A DNA stretch of 64,000 bases from Escherichia phage ZCEC14. The position numbers were made by a program, and so were the translations under genes. The notes under the pieces are model-generated. The model ran no database searches and was not told the origin of the DNA. It saw only the letters and a program-made list of their open reading frames with translations. Shown here one piece after another: positions 63,276-64,000 of this stretch (positions within the stretch are counted from its first letter, which is position 1; the number at the start of each line of letters is the position of its first letter). The stretch lies in the sequence record OP168898.1. One strand, written 5' to 3'.

Positions 63276-64000
63276 TTAACCTGCAAGACCAGTTAACTCA
63301 TCGAAGTCTGCACCAGTAGCAGTTGCGACGAAATTCAAAGTAATATAATTTATACTGCGCGCCGGTTGGATGTAGAATGTTGCAACAAACTCATTTCTAT
63401 CAATTACTGACGGAGTGTTATTTGTTGTATCGCAAACTACACGATATTCATAAATTCCACCGAGAGCTTTAATTCCCTGTAAGTACTGGGCAGTTTCTGT
63501 GCGGAATGATGAACGAGTAAACGCGTTGTTTAATTCGAACAAACGATATTTTGAACTACGTCCGATATTTGTTTTCAACATATTAAACAGACGACGAACG
63601 TTAATACGATCAAACGGAGAAGGAACAGAAGTAGCTGTTTTATCACCATACAATACGTAACCATCGCCACCTGTACCAGTTACCGGGTTGATAGCTTCTT
63701 GGTATAAACGGTCGCGCTGAGCCTGGCGAGTTTCAATAGCAAGTTTAATAACGTTAAGAATCTGGCCACGATTATAACCAGCTGGAGACATCCAAGTCTG
63801 AGATACGTTATCAGTTCTTGCGCATAAACCAGCAATATCAGCTGCTAATGGAACCCAACGATTCACATCATTATATTTGTCATACTGATACTTGTAGTTA
63901 CCATCAATTGCTGCGTAGGTTGAACTGATATTAAAGTTATTATCAGTGTATGAACCTGCAGCAGTTCTCCAATTGACTAAGTTATCAACAGCACGAGTTA
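63276..64000 (-). CDS. 18: gp18 tail sheath protein, C-terminal part (5' end outside window)
   Basis: reading frame open to the window edge; C-terminus ...GADFDELTGLAG; position upstream of gene 19. Confidence 0.8.
   Translation of the reverse strand, partial: TRAVDNLVNWRTAAGSYTDNNFNISSTYAAIDGNYKYQYDKYNDVNRWVPLAADIAGLCARTDNVSQTWMSPAGYNRGQILNVIKLAIETRQAQRDRLYQEAINPVTGTGGDGYVLYGDKTATSVPSPFDRINVRRLFNMLKTNIGRSSKYRLFELNNAFTRSSFRTETAQYLQGIKALGGIYEYRVVCDTTNNTPSVIDRNEFVATFYIQPARSINYITLNFVATATGADFDELTGLAG

Overview
This 64-kb window is a contiguous segment of a T-even (T4-like, Tequatrovirus-type) lytic phage genome, AT-rich and densely coding. It is collinear with the T4 map from motA through gene 18, in reverse-complement orientation relative to the usual T4 convention: early and middle genes lie on the + strand, most late structural genes on the - strand. 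Gene calls rest on my recall of T4 protein sequences and lengths plus synteny; no database search was run. Recognised blocks in order: motA-arn-asiA; holin t; the tail-fibre module 38-37-36-35-34; rnh-dsbA-33-59-32; frd-td-nrdA-nrdB-denA-rnlA-alc; a spanin pair; pseT-cd-31-rIII; DNA ligase 30; two tandem alt genes; baseplate hub genes 54-48-29-28-27-51-26-25; uvsY/uvsW; inh-hoc-rnlB; and the head module 24-23-22-21-68-67-20 followed by 19 and the 3' part of 18. Differences from T4 as I recall it: gp38 is the long glycine-rich T2/T6-type adhesin and gp37 ends in a self-cleaving chaperone-like domain; td and nrdB are uninterrupted (no group I introns) and nrdA abuts nrdB; extra ORFs sit between frd and td and between td and nrdA; an HNH endonuclease gene is inserted between genes 18 and 19; alt is present as two diverged tandem paralogs; hoc carries a duplicated Ig-like domain and a 1-nt frameshift. 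I found no single locus that clearly stands out as a new multi-gene system. The strongest candidates for follow-up are the NADAR-like/HAD-like gene pair upstream of DNA ligase, the alt duplication, the HNH insertion, the broken hoc, and two families of near-identical promoter-leader repeats. No tRNA, rRNA, CRISPR array or integrase was seen. About twenty small ORFs of unknown function are listed from the ORF track with start codons unverified.
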